A stretch of DNA of 64,000 bases from an uncultured delta proteobacterium. GTDB taxonomy: Bacteria > Myxococcota > UBA727 > VGSZ01. The position numbers and the translations under genes are program-made. Under the pieces are notes generated by a model, which made no database searches, had not been told where the DNA came from, and saw only the letters and a list, made by a program, of their open reading frames with translations. Every line of letters begins with the position of its first letter. Within the stretch, counting starts at the first letter, position 1. Below are positions 50,737 to 61,653 of the stretch, one piece after another. The stretch covers positions 32,001-96,000 of the forward strand of contig CAVZJB010000006.1 in the NCBI GenBank assembly GCA_963775425.1. Direction: 5' to 3'.

Positions 50737-52641
50737 TCACCGCGTCTTGAGCTTCCAGGACTGCCGGAAGGACTCGCCCGGCTTCAGGCGCACCGTGCGC
50801 GTCTCGTCGACGCCGGCGCCCTCCTGCACGAGGTGGATCTTGTGCGCGCCGGGGACGAGCTGGAGCTTGGAGACCGGCGTGGAGTCGACGTATTTGCCGT
50901 CGACGTAGAGCTTGGCCCACGGCTTGGTGTCGAGCGTGAACGAGGCGGGCTTGGGTGTGTCGGCGCCGGCGGCCGTCGTCGGCGTCGGCGTCGGCGCGCG
51001 CCGGTGCTCGACCTTCTCCAGCTTGAGCGCGCGGGCCGCGTCTTGTCCGCGCGCGAGCGTGACCGAGAGCTCGGCGAGGTAGGTGGCACGGCCGCGGACC
51101 GCCGTGGCGCGGAGCGTGTGCGCGCCGGGCGCGAGGTCCTTGAGCTGCAGCGGCGCCTTGCCGGCGTGCTTTCCGTCGACGAGCAGCTCGGCGCCCGCGA
51201 TGCTCGTGGTCACCGAGAGCGTCGCGCGCTTCTCCGTGAGCGCCCACAGGAGCGGCTTCATCTGCCCGGCAGAGAGCGTGACCTTCTCGCTGCGCGTCTC
51301 GTAGCCCTCCGCCTCCGCCTCGACCTCGTGCTCCACGCCCGGCGCGACGTCGACGGTGACGGGGGTCTTGCCGACCTCTTTGCCGTCGATGCGGACCACC
51401 GCGCCGGTCGGCTGCGTGTCGATGGCGACCTTGGGCGACACGGTCCTCACCGGCGCGGGTGCCGCCGCCGCCGCGGCCTCCGGCGCGGGCGGCTGCGGCC
51501 ACAGGATCACCGCCGCGGCGACGACGGCGAGCAGGAGGGCGAGCCCTGCCCCGGCCGCGATGCCCAGGCGCGCGCGCGACGCCGGCACCTCGCGGCGCGC
51601 GGCCCCGGTGGGCCCCGTCGGCGGCGGGTGCTGCTGCGCGAGGTTGATGACGAAGTTGTTGGCGCCCGTCGGCGTGAGGTCGACGGTCTTGGCCTCGATC
51701 TCTTCGCCGAGCGTCTCCTTGACGAACGTGGCGGTGCGCGCCTGCGCGTTCTTCATGCCGCCCGATTCCAGGAAGCCCTTGAGGTCGGCGGCGCACTCCG
51801 CGAGCGACGGGTAGCGCTGCTCGCGGTCGCGCGCGAGCATGCGCGCCACGCAGCGCTCGAGGCGGGGAGGGACGCCCGCGGTCTGCGTCGACAACAGCGG
51901 GATGGGGCGGTTGATCACCGAGCGCAGGATGTCGATCTCGCTCTGGCCGGTGAACAGCTTCTGCCGCGCCAACAGCTCCCAGAGCACCACGCCGAGGGCG
52001 AACTGATCGGCGCGGCCGTCGAGCTCCGCGCCCTGCACCTGCTCGGGCGACATGTACTGCACCTTGCCCTTGAGCAGGCCGGTGGCGGTGCGGGAGGTGC
52101 GGTTGGCGGCCTTGGCGATCCCGAAGTCGACGACCTTGGTGACGCCGTCGGTGCGCACCATGATGTTCTGCGGGCTGATGTCCCGGTGCACGATGTTCTG
52201 GGGCTTGCCGTGGATATCCTCGGCCTTGTGCGCGTGGTCGAGCGCGTGGGCGGCGTCGTGCACGATGAAGGCGGCGACGTCGACGGGGACGCCCGTCTTC
52301 ATGCGGCCGGCGGCGCGCTGCAGGCGGGAGAGGTTGTCACCGCGGATGTACTCCATGGCGATGAAGTACGTGCCGTTCCACGAGCCGACCTCGTAGATGC
52401 TCACGATGTTCGGGTGGTTGAGCGTGGCCGCGACCTTGGCCTCGTCGAGGAATTGCTCGACGAACTCCGGCTGCTGCGCGAGGTCGGGCAGGAGGGACTT
52501 GAGGATCACGAGGCGGTCAAAGCCGGCCACCGCCGACTGGCGGGCGAGGAACACCTCGCCCATGCCACCCACGGCCAGGCGACGGATGATCTGGTAGCGG
52601 CCGAAGACCAGCTCGCTCGTCGGCGTCGTCGTCGTGACCAC
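50737..52641 (-). CDS. Ser/Thr protein kinase with TM and PEGA domains
   Basis: LAVGGMGEV, ILK, HRDISPQN, DFGIAK, YMSPEQ; TM; PEGA repeats (DTQPTGAVVRIDGKEVGKTP). Confidence 0.94.
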   Translation of the reverse strand: MVTTTTPTSELVFGRYQIIRRLAVGGMGEVFLARQSAVAGFDRLVILKSLLPDLAQQPEFVEQFLDEAKVAATLNHPNIVSIYEVGSWNGTYFIAMEYIRGDNLSRLQRAAGRMKTGVPVDVAAFIVHDAAHALDHAHKAEDIHGKPQNIVHRDISPQNIMVRTDGVTKVVDFGIAKAANRTSRTATGLLKGKVQYMSPEQVQGAELDGRADQFALGVVLWELLARQKLFTGQSEIDILRSVINRPIPLLSTQTAGVPPRLERCVARMLARDREQRYPSLAECAADLKGFLESGGMKNAQARTATFVKETLGEEIEAKTVDLTPTGANNFVINLAQQHPPPTGPTGAARREVPASRARLGIAAGAGLALLLAVVAAAVILWPQPPAPEAAAAAAPAPVRTVSPKVAIDTQPTGAVVRIDGKEVGKTPVTVDVAPGVEHEVEAEAEGYETRSEKVTLSAGQMKPLLWALTEKRATLSVTTSIAGAELLVDGKHAGKAPLQLKDLAPGAHTLRATAVRGRATYLAELSVTLARGQDAARALKLEKVEHRRAPTPTPTTAAGADTPKPASFTLDTKPWAKLYVDGKYVDSTPVSKLQLVPGAHKIHLVQEGAGVDETRTVRLKPGESFRQSWKLKTR

Positions 52642-52725
52642 GGATGGAGTGTAGGCGCATCGCGCGGCGGCTGTCGCGCGGCGGACGCTCCGCCTCGCTG
52701 CGACGGCCGCGGTAGCATCAGCGCG

Positions 52726-53829
52726 ATGAACGTCGCCCTCGCCGTCGCGCTCGCTGTTGTCGTCGTCGCAGGTGGGCGCGCGAAGAAGCACACACCGCCT
52801 CCGCCCGCGCCCGCGCCCGCGGCGCACGACGCGGACGCGCCGCCGCCGCGGGACCCGGCGCTCGCCTCGGTGTCGACGGCGGAGCTGATGCAGCGCGCCA
52901 AGGAGCTCCACGATCAGCTCGAGTACGACAAGGTGCTTCCTCTGGTCACCGAGATCCTGACGCGGGGCGACGCCGTGCCCATCGACACGCAGCTCGACGC
53001 GTACGTGCTCGAGGGGAGCTGCCTGGCCATCACGGGCAAGCCCATCGACGCCGAGGGGCCTTTTCGTCGCCTGCTGCGCGGCCGCCCCGACTTCGATCTG
53101 CCGAACGACACACCGCCGAAGATCCTCTCGGTGTTCCGCAAGGTGCAGGCGGAGGAGCAGGCCATCGCGCGCCAGATGGAAGAGCTGACGCGCAAGCGCA
53201 TCATCAAGGGCATGCAGCTCATCGGTGACGTCCCCGACACGCTCAAGGGCGGCCGCCCCATCGTGTTCGACTACCTGCTCAAGGATCCGGCGCTGGCGGT
53301 GACCACCGTGCGCGTGCAGTACAGGAAGAAGGGCGAGACCGCGTACTCGTCGCTGGCGCTCAAGAGCGCCGAAGGGCGCTGGCGCGGTCGGATCCCCGGC
53401 GAGTGGACCGCGAACGAGGGAGGCGCGCAGCTCCAGATGTACGTCGAGACGCTCGACGCCACGGGCCCGCTGCTCACCGTCGGCGCCGCGGGCGCGCCCG
53501 TGGTTCGTGACATCGCGCCCGGTGAGGTGGACCACAGCGCGCCGCCGCCGCTTCCGCCGTGGAGCGTGTGGGTCGGCGCCGGCACAACCGCGGCGCTCGC
53601 GCTCGCCGGCGGGGGCTTCGCCGCCGGCTTCGTCGTCGAGCAGCAGGCGTACAAGGACCAGGCGGAGCGCGCCACGCGCGTGGCGCAGCCGGGCGCGGAG
53701 CTGCGCGACAAGCGGGAGCTCGGCGAGGCCTTCGGCTTGTCGGCCAACGGGCTGTTCATCGCTTCGGGCGTCGCCGCGTTGAGCACCACGGCGGCGGCGC
53801 TCTTGTTCACCGACTGGGTCAGCCCTTGA
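52726..53829 (+). CDS. Secreted or membrane protein with TPR-like N-terminus and C-terminal TM hairpin (myxobacterial type)
   Basis: Signal peptide, helical repeat ending PPKILSVF, Ig-like middle, two C-terminal hydrophobic segments. Confidence 0.72.
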   Translation: MNVALAVALAVVVVAGGRAKKHTPPPPAPAPAAHDADAPPPRDPALASVSTAELMQRAKELHDQLEYDKVLPLVTEILTRGDAVPIDTQLDAYVLEGSCLAITGKPIDAEGPFRRLLRGRPDFDLPNDTPPKILSVFRKVQAEEQAIARQMEELTRKRIIKGMQLIGDVPDTLKGGRPIVFDYLLKDPALAVTTVRVQYRKKGETAYSSLALKSAEGRWRGRIPGEWTANEGGAQLQMYVETLDATGPLLTVGAAGAPVVRDIAPGEVDHSAPPPLPPWSVWVGAGTTAALALAGGGFAAGFVVEQQAYKDQAERATRVAQPGAELRDKRELGEAFGLSANGLFIASGVAALSTTAAALLFTDWVSP

Positions 53830-55507
53830 GCGCCTGGGCGACGAGCCCGGGGAACTTGAGCATCGACGGCGCGGCTTCGAAGCGCGTGAGCTTCTCGCCG
53901 AGGGCGCGGAGGTTCCGGTGGTCCGCGAACCACACCGGCGTGGGCTTGATGCGGAAGGGCAGGTAGATGATCGACTTCTGCGGGTAGTCGAACAGGAAGG
54001 TGTTGTGCACGACGCCGCGCCCGGACTGGATGTCCTCGAGGGTGTGGCCGGGGAACGCGCCCCACGTGGTCTGACACAGGCCGTAGATGGCGCCGGCCCA
54101 GCCGTTGACCGCGATGCCGCCGTAGCGCAGCTCGGAGAGGAGCTTGTCGAAGGCGGCCGCGTGCTGCTTCTGCGTCTCCGGGTGGATGAGCACCATGCAC
54201 GACAGCGTGCCCCAGAGCTCCTCGTTGGCGAACGCCGTGACCTTGGCCATGAAGTCCGGCGCGTCCTTGGCGTCGAGCGATGTCTCGGCGAGCACGCCGC
54301 AGAAGGCCTCGTTGCTGAGCGCGTACTCCCCCTTTTGCGCGGGCACGTCCGGCAGTACCGTCCACGGGACAATCTGCGGGCCCTGCTGCCCGAGCACCTT
54401 CGCCTTCGGGTACTTCTCGACGAACTGCGCGTAGCGCTGTTCGGCGCCCGGGTAGTACGCCTTCCTCGGCGGCGCCTTGCCGAGCGCCGTCTCGAGCTTG
54501 GCGAGGAAGCGCTCGCGCAGCTCCCAGCCCTTGGCGGTGACCACGACCTTGGCGGCGTTGCAGTTGAAGCTGCCGTTTTGCGCGACCATGCCGGCGACGT
54601 GGCGCGCCTGGAACTCGAGGTCGCCGTCGCTCCACGGGCCCGGCACCACCATGACCGGCGTGACGCAGCCGAGCTCGGACGAGATGGGCTTGTCGATGCG
54701 CGGCTTGCCCGCCTTCTTGGCGTTTTCGGCGTCGGGGCCCCAGATGATGGCGTCGTGGGTGCGGTCGGAGCCGGTGATGTGGATGCTGCCGACCTGCGGG
54801 TGGTCGGTGAGGTGCTTGCCGACCTCGGCGCCGCCGTAGACGACGGCGAGGAAGCCGCCGTCGACGAGGGCGGCGAAGATCTTCTCGATGAACGGCCCGC
54901 CGACCTCGTTGACCGGGTTCATCTTGAGGATGCAGACCTCGTTTTCGACGAACAGCTTGTAGAGCACGTCCATGGGGGCGATGGACGTGACGTTGCCCGC
55001 GCCGAGCACGAGCGCGACGCGCCCCTCGGTCTGCTTCTCGCGATAGATGCGCCCCTGGCTCGGGGGCTTGCCCGGCTCAATCCACACCTCGCCGCGCCAG
55101 CCGGTGTACGCGAGCCGCTCCTCGAGCGACGTCGGGAACACCTCCGCCACCCACTGCCCGCCCGGCCGCTGCTTGAGCGCGGGAGGCTTGGGCTGGCCGC
55201 CGGCCTTGAGCGCGTCGATGAGCAGGCGGATGTTGCGCGCCGTGGTCATCGGGCCCGCGAGCCAGTCCTCGCCGGCGAGGACGTCGTCGGGGGAGATGCC
55301 CTTGAGCTGCGAGATGGCCCGCGCCCACGCCTCCGCCTCCCGCTGCAGGTTCTTCTGCGCGTCCTCGAGGTAGGCGACGCGCTGCGGGATCGACAGCTTG
55401 GCCCACGCGTCCTTCTTGTCGTGGAGCCGCGCGAGCAGCTCGTCGATGCGCGCGACGGGCGTGGCCGGGACGGACGGGGGCGGCTCGGGGAATCGGGGGC
55501 TCGTCAT
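53819..55507 (-). CDS. Aldehyde dehydrogenase family protein
   Basis: LVLGAGN, LKMNP, HITGS, SELGCVTP, FNCNA (catalytic Cys), EAFC. Confidence 0.9.
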   Translation of the reverse strand: MTSPRFPEPPPSVPATPVARIDELLARLHDKKDAWAKLSIPQRVAYLEDAQKNLQREAEAWARAISQLKGISPDDVLAGEDWLAGPMTTARNIRLLIDALKAGGQPKPPALKQRPGGQWVAEVFPTSLEERLAYTGWRGEVWIEPGKPPSQGRIYREKQTEGRVALVLGAGNVTSIAPMDVLYKLFVENEVCILKMNPVNEVGGPFIEKIFAALVDGGFLAVVYGGAEVGKHLTDHPQVGSIHITGSDRTHDAIIWGPDAENAKKAGKPRIDKPISSELGCVTPVMVVPGPWSDGDLEFQARHVAGMVAQNGSFNCNAAKVVVTAKGWELRERFLAKLETALGKAPPRKAYYPGAEQRYAQFVEKYPKAKVLGQQGPQIVPWTVLPDVPAQKGEYALSNEAFCGVLAETSLDAKDAPDFMAKVTAFANEELWGTLSCMVLIHPETQKQHAAAFDKLLSELRYGGIAVNGWAGAIYGLCQTTWGAFPGHTLEDIQSGRGVVHNTFLFDYPQKSIIYLPFRIKPTPVWFADHRNLRALGEKLTRFEAAPSMLKFPGLVAQALKG

Positions 55508-55553
55508 GCGAGGACCATGCGCTCCTCGACGTGGTCTATCAACTGCCGTCCGG

Positions 55554-56522
<969 letters not shown>

Positions 56523-56532
56523 GCCCCGGGCG

Positions 56533-57411
56533 TTACGGGTTCAACAGCGGCGGCGGCGCGTCCGACGGATCCGTCGGCCCCGGCGGCGGCTTCGTCGTCG
56601 TCGCCGGCGGCTGCGGCGGCGCAGGCGGCGGGGTCGGCTTGGGGGCCGGGTGCGCCGCGGCCTTGCGGATGTCGGCGGCGTGCTGTTGCAGCGCGCCTGC
56701 GTACAGGTTGGACCAGCGTGTCTCTTCGTTGGCGGCGACGAAGTACTGGCCCACCGACTGGCCCACCGACAAGAGGATGCCGCCGATGAGCGCGCCTATG
56801 GCGACGAACCCGAGCGTGGGGTTCGACGTGCCCGTGAAGAAGAACAGGATGATGGCGATGGTGCCGGTGGCGTTCAGCACCGTGCCGCCGACGCTGGCCG
56901 CGGTCATCAAGCCGTACTCGAGCGGATCGTCGATGTTGCCGATGACGGGCTTGCTCTTCACCACGGTGCCGTCCGGCAGCGTGGTGGTGAGCGTGATGGT
57001 CATCTCCTTCCACGTGCCGATCTGGATGACCGAGGGGCTCGCCATGTCGAAGCTGACGACGGTGTGGGCGGCCGGCGCTTCGTCCTTGGTCCGCAGGATC
57101 GTGTTCAGCGACGTGGCCGTGTAGTTGGACACCTCGCGCTGCCACGATCGCGACGGCGACAGCGGCATCCCCGGCTCGCGCAGGATGGTCTCCTCGCCGT
57201 CGAAGCGCGCGCCGGCGAGGGGCGTGCCCGCGGCGGCGAGCGGCGTGTCCGGCTTGGTGGGCCGGATGATGGTCGAGCAGCCGCTGCCGGCGGCGACGGC
57301 GACGGCGATGACGAAGACGCCCGCGAGCGCCGCCGGGGAGCAGGCGCGCACGCCGCGGCCCGCCGTGTCGTCGCCTCTCGTCGTCGTCGCGTGCGTCGCC
57401 GTCGTCGTCAT
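56533..57411 (-). CDS. Hypothetical lipoprotein or membrane protein
   Basis: AAGSGC lipobox-like motif, two TMs, Pro-rich tail; ATGA overlap with the upstream regulator. Confidence 0.7.
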   Translation of the reverse strand: MTTTATHATTTRGDDTAGRGVRACSPAALAGVFVIAVAVAAGSGCSTIIRPTKPDTPLAAAGTPLAGARFDGEETILREPGMPLSPSRSWQREVSNYTATSLNTILRTKDEAPAAHTVVSFDMASPSVIQIGTWKEMTITLTTTLPDGTVVKSKPVIGNIDDPLEYGLMTAASVGGTVLNATGTIAIILFFFTGTSNPTLGFVAIGALIGGILLSVGQSVGQYFVAANEETRWSNLYAGALQQHAADIRKAAAHPAPKPTPPPAPPQPPATTTKPPPGPTDPSDAPPPLLNP

Positions 57412-58799
57412 CCCGGGAACCCGTCCTCGCGCGTCAGGCCGTGGCGTTGGGCGCGCCGGTAGAACGTAGCGCGTCCGATGCCCAGGCGCCGGGCCGCCTC
57501 CGACACGTTGCCTTCCGTCTCGCGCAGCGCGGCGATCATCATCTCCCGCTCCACCTCGTGGAGCGGCCGTACGGACGCAGACGCGTCGTCGAGGCCGGGC
57601 AGGAGCGTCCGGTCGTCGGCGCGCGCGGCGCTGGACTCGCGGATGTCCTCGGGCAGATCCGTCAGCCGCATGATCCCGCCCGACGCCGTGAGCGCCATGC
57701 GCTCCATGGTGTTGAACAGCTCGCGGACGTTCCCCGGCCAGTCGTAGCGCAGGAGCACGTCGAGCACGTCGTCGGGCAGGGTCGGCGGCGGCTGGTTCTC
57801 CCGGGCGGCGAAGCGGGCGAGGGCGTAGCGGGCGAGCGCCGCGATGTCATCCTTGCGGTCGCGCAGCGGGGGCACGGTGATGGAGAAGACGTTCAGCCGA
57901 TAGAAGAGGTCGGCCCGGAAGGTGCCCCGCGACACCTCGGAGGGCAGGTGGCGCACGGTGGCCGCGACGACCCGGACGTCGTTGTCGGTGTTCTGGGTGC
58001 GCCAATCCTGGAGCTGCGCTTCGTGCATGGTGCGCTGCAGCCGCGCCTGCAGATCCGGCGACAGCTCGCCCACCTCGTCGAGGAAGAGCGTGCCCGCCCG
58101 CGCCTCTTCGAAGCGGCCGCGGCTGCCGTTCTGGTTGCCGAACAGGAGCAGCTCGAGGCTGTCGGCCGGCTTGGTGGCGCAATTGACCGGGACGAACGGG
58201 CCGTCGCGCCGCCGGGAGCGCGCGTGGATTCGATGCGCCACGAGCTCCTTGCCGGTGCCGGGCTCCCCGTAGATGAGGACAGGGACCCTGGAGGCGGCGA
58301 CGCGCTCGACGAGCGAGATCACCTCGGTCATGGCCTGGCTGCCGCAGATCAGGTGGGGCCCGCCGTCCCCCCGGATCATGGCCGCGCGCAGGCCGTCGCT
58401 CTCGAGGCGCAGGCGGGTGTGCTCCGCGGCGTTTCGCACCACGATGGCGAGGCGCTGCAGGTCGAGGGGCTTGGTGAGGTAGTCGAACGCCCCCCGGCGC
58501 ATGGCGTCGACGATGTTGTCGACCCCCACGGCCGCGGTCATCATCACCACCGCGAGCTCCTTGTGCTCCCGCGACAGCCGGTCGAGCAGCGCGAGGCCGT
58601 CGATGCCGGGCAGGCCCATGTCGAGCAAGACCACGTCGAACGGAGACTGGAGGATGCGCTCCATGTCCCTCCCGTCGTGGATCACTTCGACGGCGTGGCC
58701 GTGGTGCTGCAGATATTTCGAGACCAGCCCGCAGATGGCCTCGTCATCGTCGACGAGGAGAACGCGCGCCGCCTGGTTGATCTTCGCCGTCGCCGCCAT
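57408..58799 (-). CDS. NtrC/AtoC-family response regulator (REC-AAA+-Fis HTH) lacking the GAFTGA loop
   Basis: LLVDDD, LLD, DYLTKP; GEPGTGKE, FLDEVGEL, FRADLFYRLNV, WPGNVREL; NVSEAARRLGIGRATFYRR; LFGNQNGSRGRFE replaces LFGHxxGAFTGA. Confidence 0.92.
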   Translation of the reverse strand: MAATAKINQAARVLLVDDDEAICGLVSKYLQHHGHAVEVIHDGRDMERILQSPFDVVLLDMGLPGIDGLALLDRLSREHKELAVVMMTAAVGVDNIVDAMRRGAFDYLTKPLDLQRLAIVVRNAAEHTRLRLESDGLRAAMIRGDGGPHLICGSQAMTEVISLVERVAASRVPVLIYGEPGTGKELVAHRIHARSRRRDGPFVPVNCATKPADSLELLLFGNQNGSRGRFEEARAGTLFLDEVGELSPDLQARLQRTMHEAQLQDWRTQNTDNDVRVVAATVRHLPSEVSRGTFRADLFYRLNVFSITVPPLRDRKDDIAALARYALARFAARENQPPPTLPDDVLDVLLRYDWPGNVRELFNTMERMALTASGGIMRLTDLPEDIRESSAARADDRTLLPGLDDASASVRPLHEVEREMMIAALRETEGNVSEAARRLGIGRATFYRRAQRHGLTREDGFPG

Positions 58800-58974
58800 G
58801 AGACACCTTGCGCCCGACGTTGGGCGCCGGCACGTCCCGAGTTGATACAGGCAGCGGCGACTCGCTTGCAAGTCCGCAGCGTGCCGCGGTGGGTCAGCGG
58901 GCGCGGCCTCACGCACCACATCGTGCCGCCGACGCCTGCGAGCGGCCGACGGTTCCGCGTCCTGCGGCCGACGC

Positions 58975-60078
58975 TCAGCCGTGCAGGGCGTCGTCGAGGC
59001 GGGCGCGCTCGCCGGCGGCGACGAGGACCAGCTCGTCGAGCGCGTCGAAGGTGCCCTGCAGCTCGTAGGCGGCGAGGCCGCTCGAGGAGGGCCCGATGGG
59101 CAGGCGCGGCAGGCGGAACATGTGATCGCCGGGGCGGGCCACCCCGGGCTCGGCGGTGAACGCGGCGCGGTAGCCGGCGCGGCGGGCGGCGTGGACGACG
59201 CGGTCGTCGACGTAGGGCGGGCGGCCGAACGGGAAGCTCATGACGTCGACGAACGACGCGCCCGCGATCTCGAGCAGGAGCGCGCGGGGGCGCGTGAGCT
59301 CCTCCTCGAGCGCCTCGTCGGAAGCGTTGGCGAGCGAGAGGTGCCGGTGGCCGTGGGCGCCGAAGGTCACGAGCGGATCGCGCGCGAGCTCGAGCAGCTC
59401 GCTGGTGGTGATCATGCGGTCGAGCGGATCCACCGGCGGCCGCCCGCCCACGCGCGTGAACAGCTCCTCGAGGCGCGCCTGCAGCCGCTGCTCGTCGAGC
59501 GCCGCCAGCGACAAGAGCAGCCGGCGCACCGCCGACGCGCGCTTCTTGGGCGTGTCGGTGCGCAGGACCCGGTCAATCCAGGGCACGGCCAGGGGGCTCG
59601 GCGCGATGCGCGCGACGCAGCCGCGCACCTCCTCGTCCCAGAGGGTGTGCGCGCCGTCGAGGTGGCCGGTGGTGATGAAGAACGTGGCAGGCACGCCGAG
59701 GGCGCGGCACACGGGCAGCGCGAGCTCGGCGGTGGCGGCGAAGCTCTCGTCGAAGGTGAGCACCGCGCAGCCGTGCTCGAGGCGGTCGCCCGCGGCGAGC
59801 GCGGCGATGGCCTCGGACATGTGCACGAAGCGCAGCGTACCGAGCGCGTCCTCGAGCTCGCGCCGGAGCTCGTGCGGCGTCATGGCGTGGCCCGCCCGGT
59901 GGTCGGGGTGGCGCTTGCCGCGCTGCGTGCCGGGGACGATGCGCCGCGCGCGCAGGACGGCGACGCCCGCGCCGCGCGAGGCCACGCTCAACGTGTGGAG
60001 CGCCTTGCGCGTGACGGGCACGCGGCCGACCTGTCGCAGGACGCCCCGCAGCGCCGCGCGCGATGCCTCGCGGATCAC
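58975..60078 (-). CDS. Polysaccharide deacetylase (CE4/NodB) family protein
   Basis: VLTFDES, VPATFFI, GAHGHRHLSL, SFPFG, LPRL; GTG start overlaps the upstream stop. Confidence 0.82.
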   Translation of the reverse strand: MIREASRAALRGVLRQVGRVPVTRKALHTLSVASRGAGVAVLRARRIVPGTQRGKRHPDHRAGHAMTPHELRRELEDALGTLRFVHMSEAIAALAAGDRLEHGCAVLTFDESFAATAELALPVCRALGVPATFFITTGHLDGAHTLWDEEVRGCVARIAPSPLAVPWIDRVLRTDTPKKRASAVRRLLLSLAALDEQRLQARLEELFTRVGGRPPVDPLDRMITTSELLELARDPLVTFGAHGHRHLSLANASDEALEEELTRPRALLLEIAGASFVDVMSFPFGRPPYVDDRVVHAARRAGYRAAFTAEPGVARPGDHMFRLPRLPIGPSSSGLAAYELQGTFDALDELVLVAAGERARLDDALHG

Positions 60079-61091
60079 GCCGGGACGCCGCGCGCGTCGG
60101 CGATGGCGCGCTTGACGAACACCGGCACCATCTCCTTTCGCCACGCGGGGTCGTCGGCGATGTTGGTGGTGGGCGTGCAGCGCTTGTGCGCGAGCGCGGC
60201 GAGCTCTTCGATGCAGGCCTTGTCGAGGCTGCGGCCGCGGAAGGCGCCGGTGCTCAACAGGTGCGGTCGCGCCTGCAGCGCGCTCACCACGAGCTTCATG
60301 TCGTCGATGCCGCCGGCGGGGTCGATGTCGAAGCGGACGCCGACGGACAACAGCGGGAAGTCGATGGATGCGCGGTGGCGCAGCTTGGCGTAGCCGGTGA
60401 GCCGCTGGAAGGTGAACGCGCCCGCCGGGTCCCTGTGCGGCTCCTTCTTGGGCACGCGCACGGTGGTGAGGATGTCCGCGGGGCCGAGCACCGTGTTGTG
60501 GATGCCGTCGGCGACGTAGAAGTCCTCGAGCTTCACCGTGCGCGTGCCCTCGGGCGAGCGGATGTCGACGACGGCGTCGAGGCACAACAGCATGGTGGCG
60601 GTGTCGTTGGAGGCGGCGGCCACGCACTTCTTTCCGCCGGCGACGACGTGGCAGGCGGTGCCGTCCTTCTTCAGGCAGAAGCCGAGCGCCTCGCGCCAGA
60701 AGTAGGTCTGGTTGTAGTAGAGGCAGCGCGTGTCGAGGCAGAGGTTGCCGCCGAGCGTTCCCATACGCCGCAGCTGCGGCCCCGCCACGAGCCCCGCGGC
60801 CCGGGCGAGCGCCGGGGCGTGCGCCTGCACGAGCGGGTGGTTCTCGACGTCGTGGAGCGTGGTGAGCGCGCCTATCTCGAGCGCGTCGCCGGCGTCGTGG
60901 ATCCCCTTCAACGACGCGATGCGGCCGATGCTGACGACGACGTCGGGCTCGTGCAGGCCGTGTTTGATGTTGGGCACCACGTCGGTGCCGCCGGCGAGGA
61001 TCTTGGCCTTGTCGCCGTGCTCGGCGAGGAGCTTGACGGCGTCGTCGACGCTGTCGGGGGTCTCGAGCCGGAAGGGATCCATGCGCAACAC
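60075..61091 (-). CDS. Xanthine dehydrogenase family FAD subunit with [4Fe-4S] insert (4-hydroxybenzoyl-CoA reductase beta / HcrB-like)
   Basis: ILAGGTD, IGALTTL, GTLGGNLCLDTRCLYYNQTYFWR...CLKKDG..CHV...KKCVA, KLRHRASIDF. Confidence 0.88.
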   Translation of the reverse strand: MLRMDPFRLETPDSVDDAVKLLAEHGDKAKILAGGTDVVPNIKHGLHEPDVVVSIGRIASLKGIHDAGDALEIGALTTLHDVENHPLVQAHAPALARAAGLVAGPQLRRMGTLGGNLCLDTRCLYYNQTYFWREALGFCLKKDGTACHVVAGGKKCVAAASNDTATMLLCLDAVVDIRSPEGTRTVKLEDFYVADGIHNTVLGPADILTTVRVPKKEPHRDPAGAFTFQRLTGYAKLRHRASIDFPLLSVGVRFDIDPAGGIDDMKLVVSALQARPHLLSTGAFRGRSLDKACIEELAALAHKRCTPTTNIADDPAWRKEMVPVFVKRAIADARGVPA

Positions 61092-61098
61092 GACGCGC

Positions 61099-61653
61099 CT
61101 ACTCCGTGACGACGGGGACGTGGGCCACGAGGCCGAACGAGCGCAGCATCTGCGCGAGCTCGGTGCGCGTGGCCCGGGTGGGGGCGCGGCCGCCGACGTT
61201 GTTGCACTCGAGGGAGATGTCGACGGCGCGCTTGCCCCGCGTGGTGGACAACACGATGGCCTGGCGCGGCACCGCGCACGACGTATGCGCCGTGGGCTCG
61301 TAGTGGAGCGGATCGTTGACCAGCGCGAGCGCGCGAACGACCTCGCTTTGCTTGAGCTCGTAGTGCCGCCCCGCGGTCGGGCAGATCGCGTCTCCCTCGA
61401 GGATGGAGTGGCACGTGGGCGCGCCGGTGTTGAGCTCGTAGATCACCGCGCTCTGGACGGTGCGCGCGTCGATGAACCCGAACTTGCCGTGCGCCGGCGC
61501 CGCCGCAAACGCCGTCCCGCTGAGCGCCCCGGCGACGGCGAGCGCGAGCAGGAGCGCGCCGCGCGGGGAGCGCGCCACGAGCGCCACCTGGATGTCGGGC
61601 GCCGGCTTTCCCGGCGCGGCGCCGCGTGACGCACGATGTCTCGCGGTGATCAT
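61099..61653 (-). CDS. Hypothetical secreted protein inside the molybdoenzyme operon
   Basis: Signal-peptide-like LLLALAVAGALSGTAFA, four Cys; overlaps the stop of the Mo subunit. Confidence 0.55.
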   Translation of the reverse strand: MITARHRASRGAAPGKPAPDIQVALVARSPRGALLLALAVAGALSGTAFAAAPAHGKFGFIDARTVQSAVIYELNTGAPTCHSILEGDAICPTAGRHYELKQSEVVRALALVNDPLHYEPTAHTSCAVPRQAIVLSTTRGKRAVDISLECNNVGGRAPTRATRTELAQMLRSFGLVAHVPVVTE

